Shown here: piece by piece, positions 46,501-59,460 of the stretch
Layout: every line of letters begins with the position of its first letter
Numbering within the stretch: the first letter of the stretch is position 1
Source of the DNA: Trichodelitschia bisporula
Taxonomy: Eukaryota
Length of the DNA stretch: 64,000 nt
NCBI GenBank assembly: GCA_010356995.1
Contig: ML996706.1
Location: forward strand, 1-64,000
Direction: 5' to 3'
The notes under the pieces: generated by a model
The model's database searches: none
What the model saw: only the letters and a program-made list of their open reading frames with translations
What the model was told of the DNA's origin: nothing
Position numbers and translations under genes: made by a program

Positions 46501-49500
46501 GGTGTCCAGCTTGACTTATCGGGCATCTGGGCGCACGTCGATGAAGTTGAGTCCCATGGCCTTTTCTTCCTTTGCTCGCCCTCACCACGCGTCCGCACCG
46601 TTGCGGTTACCGTCCTTCGCCTTGTTACTGAATTCGATACTGCTCTTGGAAAGGACAGCCCACGTGTCATCAAGATTGTTGAAGGAAGTCCGCAAGGCGT
46701 CATTGACATCAACGAAGAAAAGCTCTCTGTTGCTGAGCGTAGCCGACTGCAGCGGGGAATGCGGAATAACACCCAAAGCACACTGGCCGAGCTCTGCAGC
46801 AGCGATCTTCCGTATGACGCCACGTTGTGGTTCAAGATCTTCCCGAGCGTTGTCAGGATGGGGTTTGAATTATGCCCCTTTGCCGCTACTCTGACGAGAG
46901 AGATTATCTGTGCGCGCATATCGCAGATGCTCAAAGTCATCGTTTCGCTTGCCGAGGGACATCGTAACGGCCCGTTCACACCGATGGATCTAATCACAAC
47001 CCGTGGAGGGGCGCGTCTCGCCTCGACAGCTCCAGATATGGTTATTGAACAGTGGAAGCTGTATCTCATCTTCGCATGCATGACCTTGACGAACATCGGG
47101 CCAGAGCCGGCGGCAAATCAGCCTCAGAATCATACGCGGAAGAGCTCCAAGTCATCCCAGCAAAGCGCAGGAAGGGTCATCTCAGCCAAAGACTTGTTCA
47201 ACAAGGTTATTCCGTTCCTGGCGGTTACCAACACTACAGTCCGGGATGCGGTAGTCAAGGGCCTTGGCTCCATCAACAAGAACCTCTACCGCACGCTGTT
47301 GGAGGCACTACAGCCAGCTGTGGTCAACTGTAACGATGAGGCAAAGGTGCGGATGGCAAACCACCAGCGCACGATGAGCAATTATCGCGGAAACCCGCAC
47401 AATGACTACCTGCGCACCGAGATCGCCCACGTGTACAAGCTTACATCTCACTTCCTGCGCTCCGCTGAGGCATACAACGACGAATGGATCCTCAACAACT
47501 TGGTCAACTACACCAAGGACCTGCGGCTCTTCCTCAATGACACCGAAGTGCAGGCAGAGTGGAAGTTTCAGAAGTTGCGGACTCACTATTGCGGCCTGAT
47601 GGAGGAACTCTATGCCGGAATCAACAAGACCAAGGATCCCATCCGCTGGATGCCTTTCCAGTCCAGGAAGGCCGCCTTCACCCTCATGGAGGATTGGTGT
47701 GGATTCTCTCCCAACCAGCCTGAAATCCGGCAGCGAGAAGAGAGCATGAGGCGGTCTATGCTTGATCATGAGCAAGAACACGGCCATAAAGGTGTCGTCA
47801 CGGCTGCAATGGAAATCGAGAAGCGCGACCTCCGGACCGCTGCTCTCAGTGCCATGGCCACGCTCTGTGGCGGTCCAGTCAGCATCACAACGGACAGCAA
47901 GACCCAGCTCTCATTCAACGTCGCGCGGATGCTTGCTTGGATCGACATGATCTTTGAAACGCTAAGCGACAAGTCTCATGCCATCGGCCGGCGGGCCCTC
48001 AAGAATCTCATCTTGCACAATGCGGAGTATCCACCCTTCCTCGGACGATCAGTGGAAATGTGCTACATTGCCAAATCTCCTAAAGCTTTGGAGAGCTACT
48101 TCGAAGTCGTCAACGAGGTCATCACCGAAAGCAAGGACTTTGCACCCTCCTTCTACATGATAATCTGCGCTGCGTTGTACACCCTCGGTAATGAAAACAA
48201 CCAGCTGCGGATCAAGGCAGCTCGTCTGTTGCGGACACTGGAAGAGCGGCAGCAGAAGAGTTCGAAGCTACAGGATCTTGACATCAGTATTTCGGACAAG
48301 ACCATCGCGGTTTATAAGCGCGCCCAATTCGAGACCTCCCAGCGACTCGCGCAGCAGCACTCTGAGCTCGCCTTCCACGTCTTCTCCGAGTTTTGCCGCT
48401 TCTTCAAGGACTTGAAGCCGGATCATCAGCGCAATATGGTAGCAGCGATGCTGCCCTGGGTTCAGACGATTGAGCTACAGGTTGACCCGAATGGCGGTCC
48501 GACAGGAACATCATACATGCTGCTCGTAAACCTCTTTGAGATTACGGTTCGCTGCGGGAATGCCCTACACAACGAGATCCAGGCATTGTGGCAGGCTCTC
48601 GCTGCTGGCCCGCATGCTGGCAACGTTCAACTTGTCCTCGATTTCATCATCAACATCTGTCTAGAGCGCAAGGAACAGAACTTTGTTGACTACGCTAAGC
48701 AGATCGTGGTGTATCTGGCTGGAACCCCAGCTGGCTCGAAAGTGGTTGAGTTTCTGCTCCTTCAAATCACGCCCAAGGCCATGGTCCAGGACAAGGAAAA
48801 GCGACAGAGCCACAGCGTGCCGCAACAGGCGTACAACTTCCCCTACTTGGCCAAGCTGCAAGAGCTTCTGCCTGGAGGCAATAAGCAGAAGGGCTTTTCG
48901 CTCGGTCAGCTATGCCTCATCTTGCTCGTGGATCTCATGGTGTCTCCAATGCAGCTCTCGAGCGAGTATCTCCCCTTGCTTCTGCAGGTTGTCCTCATTC
49001 TGTGGGATGCTCACATTCCGCTCGTGCAAGATCAGGCTCGGGAAATGCTCGTTCACCTCATCCACGAGCTTGTCATCTCTCAGATTGACGACAGCAGTAC
49101 CTTGCCAACGAAGCGGGAGATTGAGGACCTCATCGACGCCGTTCGGCGGCACGATCCCAAGGTTGTATGGGCATATGACGATCTGAACGGCAAGGCAGAT
49201 GGCGACAACAGCCTTCGCGTCCCTGAGGGTATGGTCTACGTCGCAACGCAAGTGTACGAGATCTTCAGCAAAACATACCCCGGCATCCAGGACGAATGGA
49301 GTAAAACCTCGCTCAGCTGGGCTTCAAACTGCACCGTCACACATCTAGCGTGTCGGTCTTTCCAGCTCTTCCGCTGCATTCTGAGTACCCTCGATTCGGA
49401 CATGTTGGCAGATATGCTCATCCGCCTGTCGAACACGATCGCCCACGATGACCCAGAAGTTCAGAGGTTCTCAACCGAGATTCTCATGTCGTTAAAGAAG

Positions 49501-51411
49501 ATCATTGACGCTCTTGCTCCAGAAGACCTAATCCAGTACCCGCAATATCCACAACTGTTCTGGGCCACCGTTGCTTGTCTAGACACCATTCATGAGCGCG
49601 AGTTCGTGGAGAGCATTGCCATGCTCGAAAAGCTCATGGACAAACTTGACCTGTCCGATCCTGTTATCGTCAAAGTGCTGATTGACGACCAGCCGCCGTC
49701 CTGGCAGGGCCCGTTCGAAGGGCTTCAAACGCTTGTTTGCAAGGGTGTTCGCTCTAGCTTGTGCTTGAACCAGTCGCTGCGCGTCCTGGAGAAACTTGCC
49801 ATTCTTCCATCCAATGATCTTGTCGGCGATGGCAGTTGCCTGCTCTTTACCATTTTGGCGAACCTTCCGCGCTATCTGCAGAGCTTTGAGGAGGATTCGA
49901 ATATCGCGGCCAGTGTAGCCTCTGCGGCGACGCTTGCCAAGGTTGCTGACAGCCAGCTGTACTCGGACGTCGCCAAAGTCCTCCATGCCTTCTCGGGTCA
50001 GCGCTATCGGAAAGTCGAAGACTTCATATCCCAAATCCTTCAAGCCATTCGGTCGACCTTCTTCCCAGATCACGAGTACAAATGCCTTATATTCCTGATG
50101 AGCCTCCTCACGAACAAGCTTCCCTGGTTCAAAATTCGGAGCATGGAACTACTCTCCGTCTTCATCCCCGCCATCGACATGCGCAAGCCTGAGATTGCGA
50201 CCAAGGGGCCGGACCTCATCACGCCGCTGCTCAGGCTACTGCAAACTGAATTCTGCCCCCAGGCTCTGGGCGTGCTAGACAAGGTCATGGCAATCACCGC
50301 AACGCCCACCGACTACAAGCATATCCGCATGAGTATGTACGGCGCACATACGAGTCGTGCTGTGCGCAAGGAGTTCGACAAGACGCAATCGCTATACGGC
50401 ATTCCCGAGGAGTCGGGCTGGTCGATTCCAATCCCTTCAATGCACGCGCAGAACACACGCCACAACCTGCATGCCGTATTTTACATGTGTGCCGGCCGTG
50501 ACGTCGTCGTTACTGCCGAGGACGCGACGCCTAAGATTGAGCTCGTGGCTGACGACTACACGGGCTCGTACTTCCAGGATTACCGCACGGCGACTATGAT
50601 GTCTGATGATACCCGCGGCGACGGGCATATGGGCGACCTTGTCATGAAGCTAGAGAGCCTGGACGACTTCTTCGACGACGACAACGCGGATACGGAAACT
50701 GGATCAGCCACCAGCCCCTCCGCGCACCACTTCCCGTCGCCAACGGTGGACGCCCGCGAGGATCTATACGACCAACAAACCTTCCCCATCCTCAACAAAT
50801 CCCTAATGCGCAAAACCAGCGTCTCATCCTTCCAAAACGGCTTCGTAGACACACGCATGTCCCCCTCGCGCGAAGCAATGATCATGACCCCGGGAGCCTT
50901 CACCACGCACTCCGGCCTCCAACACCCGCACCCGCGCCCAACCCTGCACGCCCGCTCCGTAACATCCCCCGGCGTACAAGTCCCCCACCACATGACCCCC
51001 TTCGCCTCAACTACCACCCTCCCCGCATCATCATCCTTCTCCTTCGAAGAAACCCTCGTCGACGACCCCTTCTCCGAAGATGAGGGCCGCGCGCCGGGCA
51101 TGCCACACCCAGGTCTACGCACCCACGCGAACACATTCCACGGCGGTATCAGTCCCGGTGGGAGCAGCAGCAGCAGCGTCGGGACCGGCGGTCCGGACGG
51201 CGGGAAGTTCTCCATCGATAACATGTTGCGGCAGCCGCAGTCTTTACGTTCGGGCCTGCGGTCCGGTATACGCCGGCTTACGGGCGGGGGTGGGGACGCG
51301 CGGGAAGCGGCTAGGGCACGTGAGGCGCTGCGGCTGCAGACGCAGCGGAGTCCACGGGTGCCGAAGGTGCCGGACGTCTTTTTGCAGAATCCGAAAAGTT
51401 CGGAGATTTAG
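43502..51411 (+). CDS. TAO3: RAM/MOR-network scaffold Tao3/Pag1/Mor2 (Furry family), ~2550 aa; proposed first coding exon ATGG (43502..43505), intron 43506..43756
   Basis: 2481-aa ORF with TVGEYALHHLFNSF, ICGPG.D..FDQLISALGHIA..KPKPLID, IEQWKLYLIFAC, FQKLRTHYCGLMEEL and HLACRSFQLFR. The frame stays open back to the acceptor GCTAAC...TTGCAG (43756), and the ATGG|GTATGT donor restores the phase. Confidence 0.93.
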
Positions 51412-52073
51412 TTGCTGTGCGGTTCATTTGTTCCTGTTTCGTCGTTTCGTTGTGTCTTTGTGTTTGCATTTTTGATACCGGGTGTTTTGGGAGGTCTCCT
51501 GGCGGGACTGGGGCGTCTTTTGGTTGGCGTTTTGGTTGCCCCACGGGGCGGACGAATCTCTCGCATTGCTGCTGGTTTTTTTGAGCCGTGCATATGGTCG
51601 GCGTCGGCGAGAGCTGCCTCGGCGGGGGCCTTTTCCTTTGCGCTGCTTTTTGGGACCGTGGGAGCCCAGGGGGGTGGGGATGCTCATGTTCTATTCCCCA
51701 TGGTCGAGCAATGGCACGGTGGTTCGAGATGTTATGTATGTAATTTCAAATAGCTAGTGTGTGGTGGGAGACTCAGTGCTCGTAAGAGCACAGGAATCGT
51801 AATTGCTGTCAATCATTGCCTGGCAGTATGCTTTGCGCGAAGATATTCCGATGTCGAGGCGATATCAGACTCGCTCATAATTGCTCCTACCGCCCTGCCT
51901 CCAGTATCGTCCTCCAAAAATGCAAGTCTACGCTCGAACCAATTTGTTCAAGCTTCTACGCACTTGCCAAATATAGCCCAGCAGCTCCACTTGCTCCATC
52001 GTGCTTCCCGAGCCGAAACCCCTCCCTTCCTCCGCCCACCCGAGCGCACTCAGACCAGGCGCAAAAAGGAAGC

Positions 52074-52154
52074 CGATAGTGACAGGATTCGAACCTGTGC
52101 GACCGAAGCCATATGATTTCTAGTCATACCCATTAACCACTCTGGCACACTACC
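52074..52154 (-). tRNA. tRNA-Ser(AGA), no intron
   Basis: Reverse complement GGTAGTGTGCCAGAGTGGTTAATGGGTATGACT-AGA-AATCATATGGCTTCGGTCGCACAGGTTCGAATCCTGTCACTATCG, with a long variable arm and a downstream T-run terminator. Confidence 0.96.
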
Positions 52155-53330
52155 CGACTGATGAGATAAGACAGCTAGTTGCAGAATAGTATGGGATGGC
52201 TGAGGGGACATTCCGACTCCAAGCGGCCTTCAACCCTTAAGGGTTTCTTAGGAAGCAGCAAATGCTCATCATCGTCTATTGTTACCACATCTCAGCCCTA
52301 GCGATAATGGACGTTTCAAGGTGCATGCGGTGTGAAATATTTGCAGGTGAGGCTGGACATCAGCGCGCTGTGTCACGGTCTGATGGCGAAACCGCCCAAC
52401 TGCCCGATGCATAGCTCTGGGAACGGCACGCATGAGCGCGCTACAGGTCTTGCACCGGATATCTGAGAAGATGATCGCCTGATGATTCGGAGCTGAGATG
52501 CACGTCGGTGAGGGCGAGGCTGGTGCTGTTGGACGGGGCGGCTTATCGGGAAAGGGTCAGAGAACATTCCTCAATGGGTTGTCATTACAGTGGTCTGGCT
52601 TCCCGATGGAGATTCTTCCCGACAGCTATGGACATTTTTCACCTTATTCATGTTGTCGTTGCCAGCGAGCTGATGTCACGGAACTCCGGCATGCTTGATA
52701 GGGTCTCGGATCATCATTCTCCCCTCCAGTAACACAAGTAGAGAGCCTGAGAGCTTTCTAGCCTTTATCGGGACTATTCGACGCAATAACCTCACCGCGA
52801 GAACGCCAAGACCTTATCAAGTTCTTAAAGCTGAACATCAAGTCGCGATGCACTTATACGATGCGGGTGCATTGAGATGATATCTAGCTCATTAGATTCG
52901 CCTCGATGAGACACACAGTTTGACACTTTATTTGCCCGATGCATCCATGGCAAAAATTGTTATTCAATTGTAAACTTTGTATGGACCAAGGTGTTACAAA
53001 GCTCCATTATTTGGCCAGATTTCTCACTGCTCCTCGCAACTCTCGACTTGCGGTCAGCCAAGGACTGAGTGCAATGTTAGTAGCCATCCGCGGAGAAAGT
53101 CGTCGCCGCCCTTTGCTAGACTTTCCGCCAAGTATGAAGCAGATATTATCAAGACGGACAGCGGTAACTTTTCTGCCTAGCCCGCGATCCTGGGCAGTAG
53201 GGAAGGTTTCAGGGTTGTTTGTGAAATAGTTCCCAAATCTCCAACCGTCCTTATTTTCCTTACCACGTCTAAAACGCTCTAGCTAGGTTATTCGAGGCGT
53301 TTTCGCCGTTAAACCTGCCCCAAAGCCGCG

Positions 53331-55049
53331 ATGCACCGCGGCCATCCGGCGAGGGACGTCGCGCCGTACCGCCCCGACGCCCTCCGCAAGTCGTCAAGAT
53401 CGCACTCCGACACGCCCGCCGCCGCGTCCTCTTCCCTCGCGCCCACCAAGGGCCGGCTCCAGCCCACCCGCGTGGCCAAGCCTCTCACCATTACCACCCG
53501 GCCCTATGCCCGCGGACCCAACGGCCGCCAGTCGACGACACTGACGCGCACGCTCGGCGACACTGAGCGGAGGGATGAGCGGAAGGTGCCCGATGGTGAG
53601 TACGACGCGTTCGAGTACGTGCCGCACCGGGATGTCGAGCGCCCGCTGGGCATGCCCTCCGACGCGACGCCGCGCAAGGACGGCGTGAGATGGGTTATCG
53701 TCGATCGGAGGGAGACGGTGCCGGAGTATGTTGTGCAGCGCGTAGGGGAGTGCCCCGAGGGCCAGGCGCCTGTCAAAAGGGTTGATTACAGGGCGATTCA
53801 TGAGTGGGTTAGTGCGGCGGAGATTGAGCGGTTTGAACATAGGCGGTTTAGGGAGGGGAGGGATGATGATTTGTTTCCTGTGGATCCGTTGCTGGATACG
53901 GAGAAGGCGCGGAAGGTGAAGAGTGGGTTGATGATGGCGGTGGAGACAACGCCGGGGCATCGGAAGCGCAAGCTCGATATTGCGGTTGAGATTCCGGCGC
54001 GTGGCAGCCCGGGGAAGATGGGCAGCGAGGTGGCACAGTTAAAGAAGGGCATACGGGGTTACACTCCATCGACGCCTGGGACGATGACGCCTACGATGCA
54101 GCAGATGGCAACGCTGAGCATGAACGGCAACGGTACCAAGGCTCCAGTGAACTTTTACGAGCCGGCCTCCTCCCGAACACGCTTCAAGACACGGATGCCC
54201 ATCGTCGCTGTCCCGCAGAAATCTACATTTCGAAATACTCGAAGTACACGCTCGAACTCGGCGCGTCCAGAGCCCGGATTGAGATACCCCCAAACACGCG
54301 GAACAACACCCACACCCGCCTCGGACGCGGGCTCGGCAACGCCCTTCTACACACCAGACGCGACGCCAGCACCGGAAACCCTTTTTTCGAAGGCTGCTTG
54401 GGAGGCAACAGACCGCTGGCCGTCTACCCGCTCGCAATCGCGCACTTCGTCCAAGTCGCCCGTCCGACGCGTGACGCACTCTAGTTGTCATTCCACGATC
54501 GCAGTGAAGCACTCTAGTTTTCATTCCACGATCGCAGTGAAGCCGAGGCCCACGCCGCAACCTGGGCCTCCACCGGGGCCGAGACAGCTACCTAAGCCTC
54601 CGGCGAGGGCAGTGGAGGAAATACAACCGAGTACGGCGTTTACGTCGCTTTACGCGCCGAGACCACCGCCGATTTTCCAGCCGAGGTCACCTTCACCGCC
54701 TATCGACATACCGGACGTTCCCGACTTTACGGACTTCGAAGCTGAATTGGAGCAAGCGGCAAACCAGCAAATCAAGCAGGAGGAAGAGCAGCGAGTCGAG
54801 CAAGAGGAAGAGAAGCGAGACGAGCACGAAGAGGAGAAAGCAGAGGAGCACGAAAACGAGTACGAAATCTCCTACATCATCTCGCACAACGACGAGACCG
54901 GCGAGCGCTACTTCCAAGTCGCTTGGCTCGGCTACCCGCCCGAAGAATCAACCTGGCTGACAGAGGACGAGCTCGCCGACGCGCCTGACGTGCTCCGCGA
55001 GTACCTCGAGAAAATCGGCGAGGACAAGTGGAAGAAGGGCCGTCGCTAG
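53331..55049 (+). CDS. Chromodomain-containing protein (single C-terminal chromodomain, mostly disordered)
   Basis: EYEISYIISH..GERYFQVAWLGYPPEESTWLTEDELADAPDVLREY, preceded by a Glu-rich helix. Basic RKRK NLS-like motif. Intronless 572-aa ORF. Confidence 0.88.
   Translation: MHRGHPARDVAPYRPDALRKSSRSHSDTPAAASSSLAPTKGRLQPTRVAKPLTITTRPYARGPNGRQSTTLTRTLGDTERRDERKVPDGEYDAFEYVPHRDVERPLGMPSDATPRKDGVRWVIVDRRETVPEYVVQRVGECPEGQAPVKRVDYRAIHEWVSAAEIERFEHRRFREGRDDDLFPVDPLLDTEKARKVKSGLMMAVETTPGHRKRKLDIAVEIPARGSPGKMGSEVAQLKKGIRGYTPSTPGTMTPTMQQMATLSMNGNGTKAPVNFYEPASSRTRFKTRMPIVAVPQKSTFRNTRSTRSNSARPEPGLRYPQTRGTTPTPASDAGSATPFYTPDATPAPETLFSKAAWEATDRWPSTRSQSRTSSKSPVRRVTHSSCHSTIAVKHSSFHSTIAVKPRPTPQPGPPPGPRQLPKPPARAVEEIQPSTAFTSLYAPRPPPIFQPRSPSPPIDIPDVPDFTDFEAELEQAANQQIKQEEEQRVEQEEEKRDEHEEEKAEEHENEYEISYIISHNDETGERYFQVAWLGYPPEESTWLTEDELADAPDVLREYLEKIGEDKWKKGRR
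54477..54542 (+). repeat. In-frame 33-bp tandem duplication in the chromodomain gene
   Basis: cactctagttgtcattccacgatcgcagtgaag / cactctagttttcattccacgatcgcagtgaag (1 mismatch), encoding HSSCHSTIAVK HSSFHSTIAVK. Confidence 0.95.
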
Positions 55050-56918
55050 AGCTAGTCGCGCGGACCTTGTGGTTTTTTTAGCGAGCATTTCGGAGGAACA
55101 TTTACGCGCGCTCAGGCGCGATGAGGGCTGGGCACGGTGTGGGTTATGCGCATGGGTCTGGTCGGCGATGGGCGTTGTTAGGCGGCAAGGCGTCCAGGAT
55201 TTCGAGGGCAAGGTGAGCGGTAGGCGTGATGCGCAGCTTGAGCGCGATGCCGACTGCGTTGGGCCGGTAGAAGAGTACTTCGAGATATCCCACATGTACT
55301 CAATGCATGACTCTCAATGGGATTTGACAGCAGAATACCGATCGCTGGGAACGCCTACGTGGGTTTGGGGATGTCCGTATATTGCCCCGCTCGCTGCGGG
55401 TCACGTTCGCGTTGCACGTTCGTTCTTGCGTGTCGTGCTGCGTGTGGTTGTGATGTTCCTGCGGTCTGCGCTCCGGCGTCCGCTGCGCGGAACTGGTACT
55501 TCGTACATCGATGAGGCGCGGTGCGCCTTACATATGCCAAGGTTGGTCGACCGAGTAGCACCGCCTGCGTGGAAATTAAGTGGTGTTAATTGTGCCGGAT
55601 ATAGATGTGGGGATAAGCGGATGAGACTGACTAGTATATAGTTCGCGCACCGAAGCGACTGACTAAGGTTCAAACTGGGAGATTGAGGAGAGGCGGTGTT
55701 GATCGTTGCTCAGGGAGTCTGAATTAGCTGTCTGGCTGTGCCTGATGGGGATCAGGGAGAGAGCTCGGGGAATAGTGTTAGGCTTCGGGATGGAGGGGTG
55801 TGGTGGGCTAGCGGGATCAGCAAGAGACGGTCCTCATTAGTACAGCGGCCCGATTGATCTGGAATGCTTCCTTTCCGACGGGGCTCAACTCTAAATCAAC
55901 AGCCTCGACGTCTCCCTTTCCGATTCTCATGGCTTACTGCTTTCGGGTATTTGTAAACATTGGCCTTTATCCTCTTTCCCATCCTCCCCGAACTCCCATT
56001 TCCACCTGCATCGTTTTAGCCTTCTGCCGCCTCCCTTTTGACTCTTCTCCGCATCGTGCACTCCCCCCTCCCCTAACGCCCCTCAGCACCAAGCGCGTCT
56101 CAAAACCGCTGGGGCCCGGCTTGGCTCCGGCTCCGCAAAAAGCTCCGATCGCAGGGTAGCTCAGTGAGGCCAGCCTTCTCTCGTCCCCTTTCACCTGCGC
56201 CTCACGTATCTCATTCGTCGCAGCACACCTTTCTTCCTCAGCCATGGACACACGCAAAGCCCCCGCCTTTGTACAAAATTAGAACACACTGCCCTCACAC
56301 ATCCTCACCTCCCAAAAATCGTGCAAATCCCAGTATCCCATCCTCCCCCATCAACCCCCTCATCTCGCCGCGGAAACAAAAGACCCAGACCCAGCAGCTC
56401 CCCCCCGCCGCATACACATCAGCTGCGTCGGAATACTCTATTTGACGCCTATTCCCCGAAGAATCTCGCCCCCCTTCCTCGCCCTGCATCGTCTCGCTTC
56501 CGTCGTGTATCCCTCACTCCAAAAAAACCCCTTCGTATCCCTAGCCCCTTACCCAACACGCGCACCGTCGCAATCGCCCTCACCAAACACACCCTCTTCC
56601 CCCCCCCCCCACATAACCGCCGCCGGTACACTAGCCGGCCTAAGGTCTGGCCGTGACGCCCGCAACCCGTAAGCCCGGTGTCACCGCGTTACTGGCCGGC
56701 TGCGCACCGCCCTCCCCCCACCGACACTCCTCGCTCCCACCCGCGGCAGGGGAGTTCCAGCATCGCGCAAGGCTACGCAAGGCAAGGCGGCCAAAAAGCC
56801 TCCACCCCAGGCCCCGGCCCTTCCCGCGCATCAGGAATAGCATCCGCCGCCGCGCGTGTCGTGCACCAGCCGCCCCGACTGCCCTACTACATACTACCCT
56901 TCCCTCCCGGGACTCACG

Positions 56919-58106
56919 ATGTCGGCACCCACTAGCAACACCACCACTACCGTCCTCCCCCAACCCACCGAACACAACAAATCGCCGAAACGCCTCTCCT
57001 CCCCGCTCGCTGCTAACCCGCCCATTACCAGTACGCTCCTCGCCCCTCCTCCCCCTATCGTCACGTCTAAGAGCGAGGGCAACATGCGCCGCGCCTTCTC
57101 TTTGCGCAAACCTAAGTCCCCGTCGCCGGCCCCGGGGGACAACGGCGGCCATAGCCGCGGGCACAGCGTCGGGCATGCCCACGTGGAAGAGAAGGATAAG
57201 AACAGGTTGAGTCCGCCCGGGAGCAATGGGAATGCAGGTGGGCTGGGACGGAGCTTGAGTCGGCGGCAGAAGGTTGCGAGGGCGATTGCGAATCCGGAGA
57301 CGATTTTCGAGAGGGATCCGGGGAGTCCGCCGGCGCAGTCGAGGTACGTCGTCGCCCTCTATCTCCATGCTTGATTGCAGTGGTGGTGGTGGTGGTGGTG
57401 GTGGTTGGGCGAGATGCTAATGAAGCCAGATTCAACCCCGACCCAAACAGCCGCCTCGTGCGCACCTTCTTCAACCCCCGCATCGACTTCGCCCCCGCGC
57501 CCGTCGCCTCCCCGGCCCACCTCCCCGACCCCGACCTCCCACTCTTCAACTCCCAACTCGTGTCGCGGAAAGTCGCTGAAGACCTACCGGAGGGCTACTC
57601 CATTCGCCCGCTCTGCCGCAGCGACTACGACCGCGGGTACATGGACCTGCTGCGCGTGCTCGGGCGTACCGGGTGGGTGAGCGAGCAGGCATGGGACGAG
57701 CGGTGCGAGTGGCTGCGCAGCATGGCGAAGACGTATTACATCGTTGTTATCCTCGATGCTGGGGAGCGGGTTGTTGCGTCTGGCACGATGTTTTTGGAGA
57801 GGAAGTTTGTGCAGGGGATGGGGGTTGTGGGACATGTGGAGGATATTGCGGTGGCGAAGGATCAGAAGGGGAAGAAGATGGGTTTGAGGGTTTTGGAGGC
57901 GTTGGTTTATGTGGCACAGGTTGCTGGGTGCTATAAGGTGAGAGTGCTTGATGTGCTGATGGCTGTAGGAAGATGGCTAATGATGATAGACCATGGTCAA
58001 CTGCACGGAGGCCAACGAGGCGTTTCATAAGCAGTGCGGCTTCGCTCGCGAGGGCAGCCAGATGGTGCTGCACCACGTGCGGAAGACGGCCGACGCCTAT
58101 GTCTGA
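56919..58106 (+). CDS. GNA1-like GNAT acetyltransferase with long N-terminal extension; introns 57344..57429 and 57938..57989
   Basis: LPEGYSIRPLCRSDYDRGYMDLLRVL, ERKFVQGMGVVGHVEDIAVAKDQKGKKMGLR, GCYK|TMVNCTEANEAFHKQCGF. Both introns have canonical signals and preserve frame. Confidence 0.85.
57380..57405 (+). repeat. (GTG)8 microsatellite in the first intron of the GNA1-like gene
   Basis: Direct reading of the sequence. Confidence 0.9.
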
Positions 58107-59460
58107 TGAACGACATCGCACGACACAGCACTTGTCGTTCCACGGGACGATAGTCAAATGCCTCACCATACCTCCTTCCCTTCGCCCCCCTTACCTGCTT
58201 CGGAGTTTGGATATAGTCCTCCCGCGTTCGTCTGGTTCGCGCCCGGTGCTCAAAATTCGCCCGCATTTCCTTTCGCGTTGGAGTTTGGGTCATGCTTTTC
58301 TTTTAAACTGCTAATAGATCTAATCGCTACTGGTGATATGGGTCTGCGTCGAGTCGTTTTCCGTGTGGGTTGCATTGGGAGTGAAGGGGCCGGATGTAGA
58401 TGGGAGGCATTGACGGTGACTGTTCTGCGCTGAATCGTTTGTTCACCGAGTAGTAATTGATAAATCTAAACCTGAGGCCAATGCTCTACCGTCCAGTGAA
58501 TGTGATCCTGCACACCGCCTTCATCCACTGCCGCAGACTTGGATTCCTAGACCTACACATCGCAAACCGTTAACGCGCCTATCTACCATTTATCTCTATA
58601 TCTTCTGATCTAGTGATGAGTCCTGCAGCGGAGATGGAACTTGACAAATCCATTCTATCAAATGCCCCAGCTGAATCGAAGCGGCGGCGATTTAATATAG
58701 AGCCTCAGTGCACGGTAGCCAGCAGGAGATTATACGGCTTCAATATATGGTATGGCTCCCTTCCCGTCGGCAAGGACCCCGGTTCCGTGCTACAGCTTTC
58801 GGGATGCTCCCGTCTTGTCTCGGGATGCCGTCTCGGCACCCCCACCTCAGCCTTTTCAAGCTGGGGACACTAACATCACTCCAGATGTCCTTTATATACA
58901 CGACTTCTCACAGTCCCGGCAAATGAGAGGCAGAGTGAGTTATATATATAGAAGGTATGTCGTTTCCTTATGAGCGTGAGGCCGCAGTCGCAGAGGAGTC
59001 TGGAATTAGCTCGCCATGCGTAGTGAGGCGCGGATCAGGCTGCAGAAAAGAGGCTGCAGAAGAGAGGCAACGAAGCCACTTGCGATGAGAGCAACGATTA
59101 ATAGCGTGTTAACCAGACGGGCAAGAAAGTTTTTCCAGGTGCTGTTGGGTGAATGTCGTCGTTTTGCGGGGTCGATATCTACCCCCCGACTAGCAAACGC
59201 CCCGCGACCTCGACCTCACCCTCAACCTCGAAGACCACAACCATTACCACCACACTCATCGCTGCGCCGAGCCACCGCAAAAATCGCCGTAACGACCACG
59301 ACCACCACCCCAACCACTTCATCAACGCTGGCAGTAAGTTTCTCCATCTCCATCCTCCATTTCCACACACAAACTGCACTTTCATCCATCCACCATCTTC
59401 TCCATGTATTCCATATTTGCGATTGACACCATACTACGACAAAGACAGATCGTCGCCGCA

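Noticed and set aside
52232..52245. 14-bp perfect palindrome AACCCTTAAGGGTT upstream of tRNA-Ser
   Set aside because: A few palindromes of this length are expected by chance in 64 kb.
55069..55641. 190-aa ORF just after the chromodomain gene
   Set aside because: Non-ATG start, no motif, probably 3'UTR.
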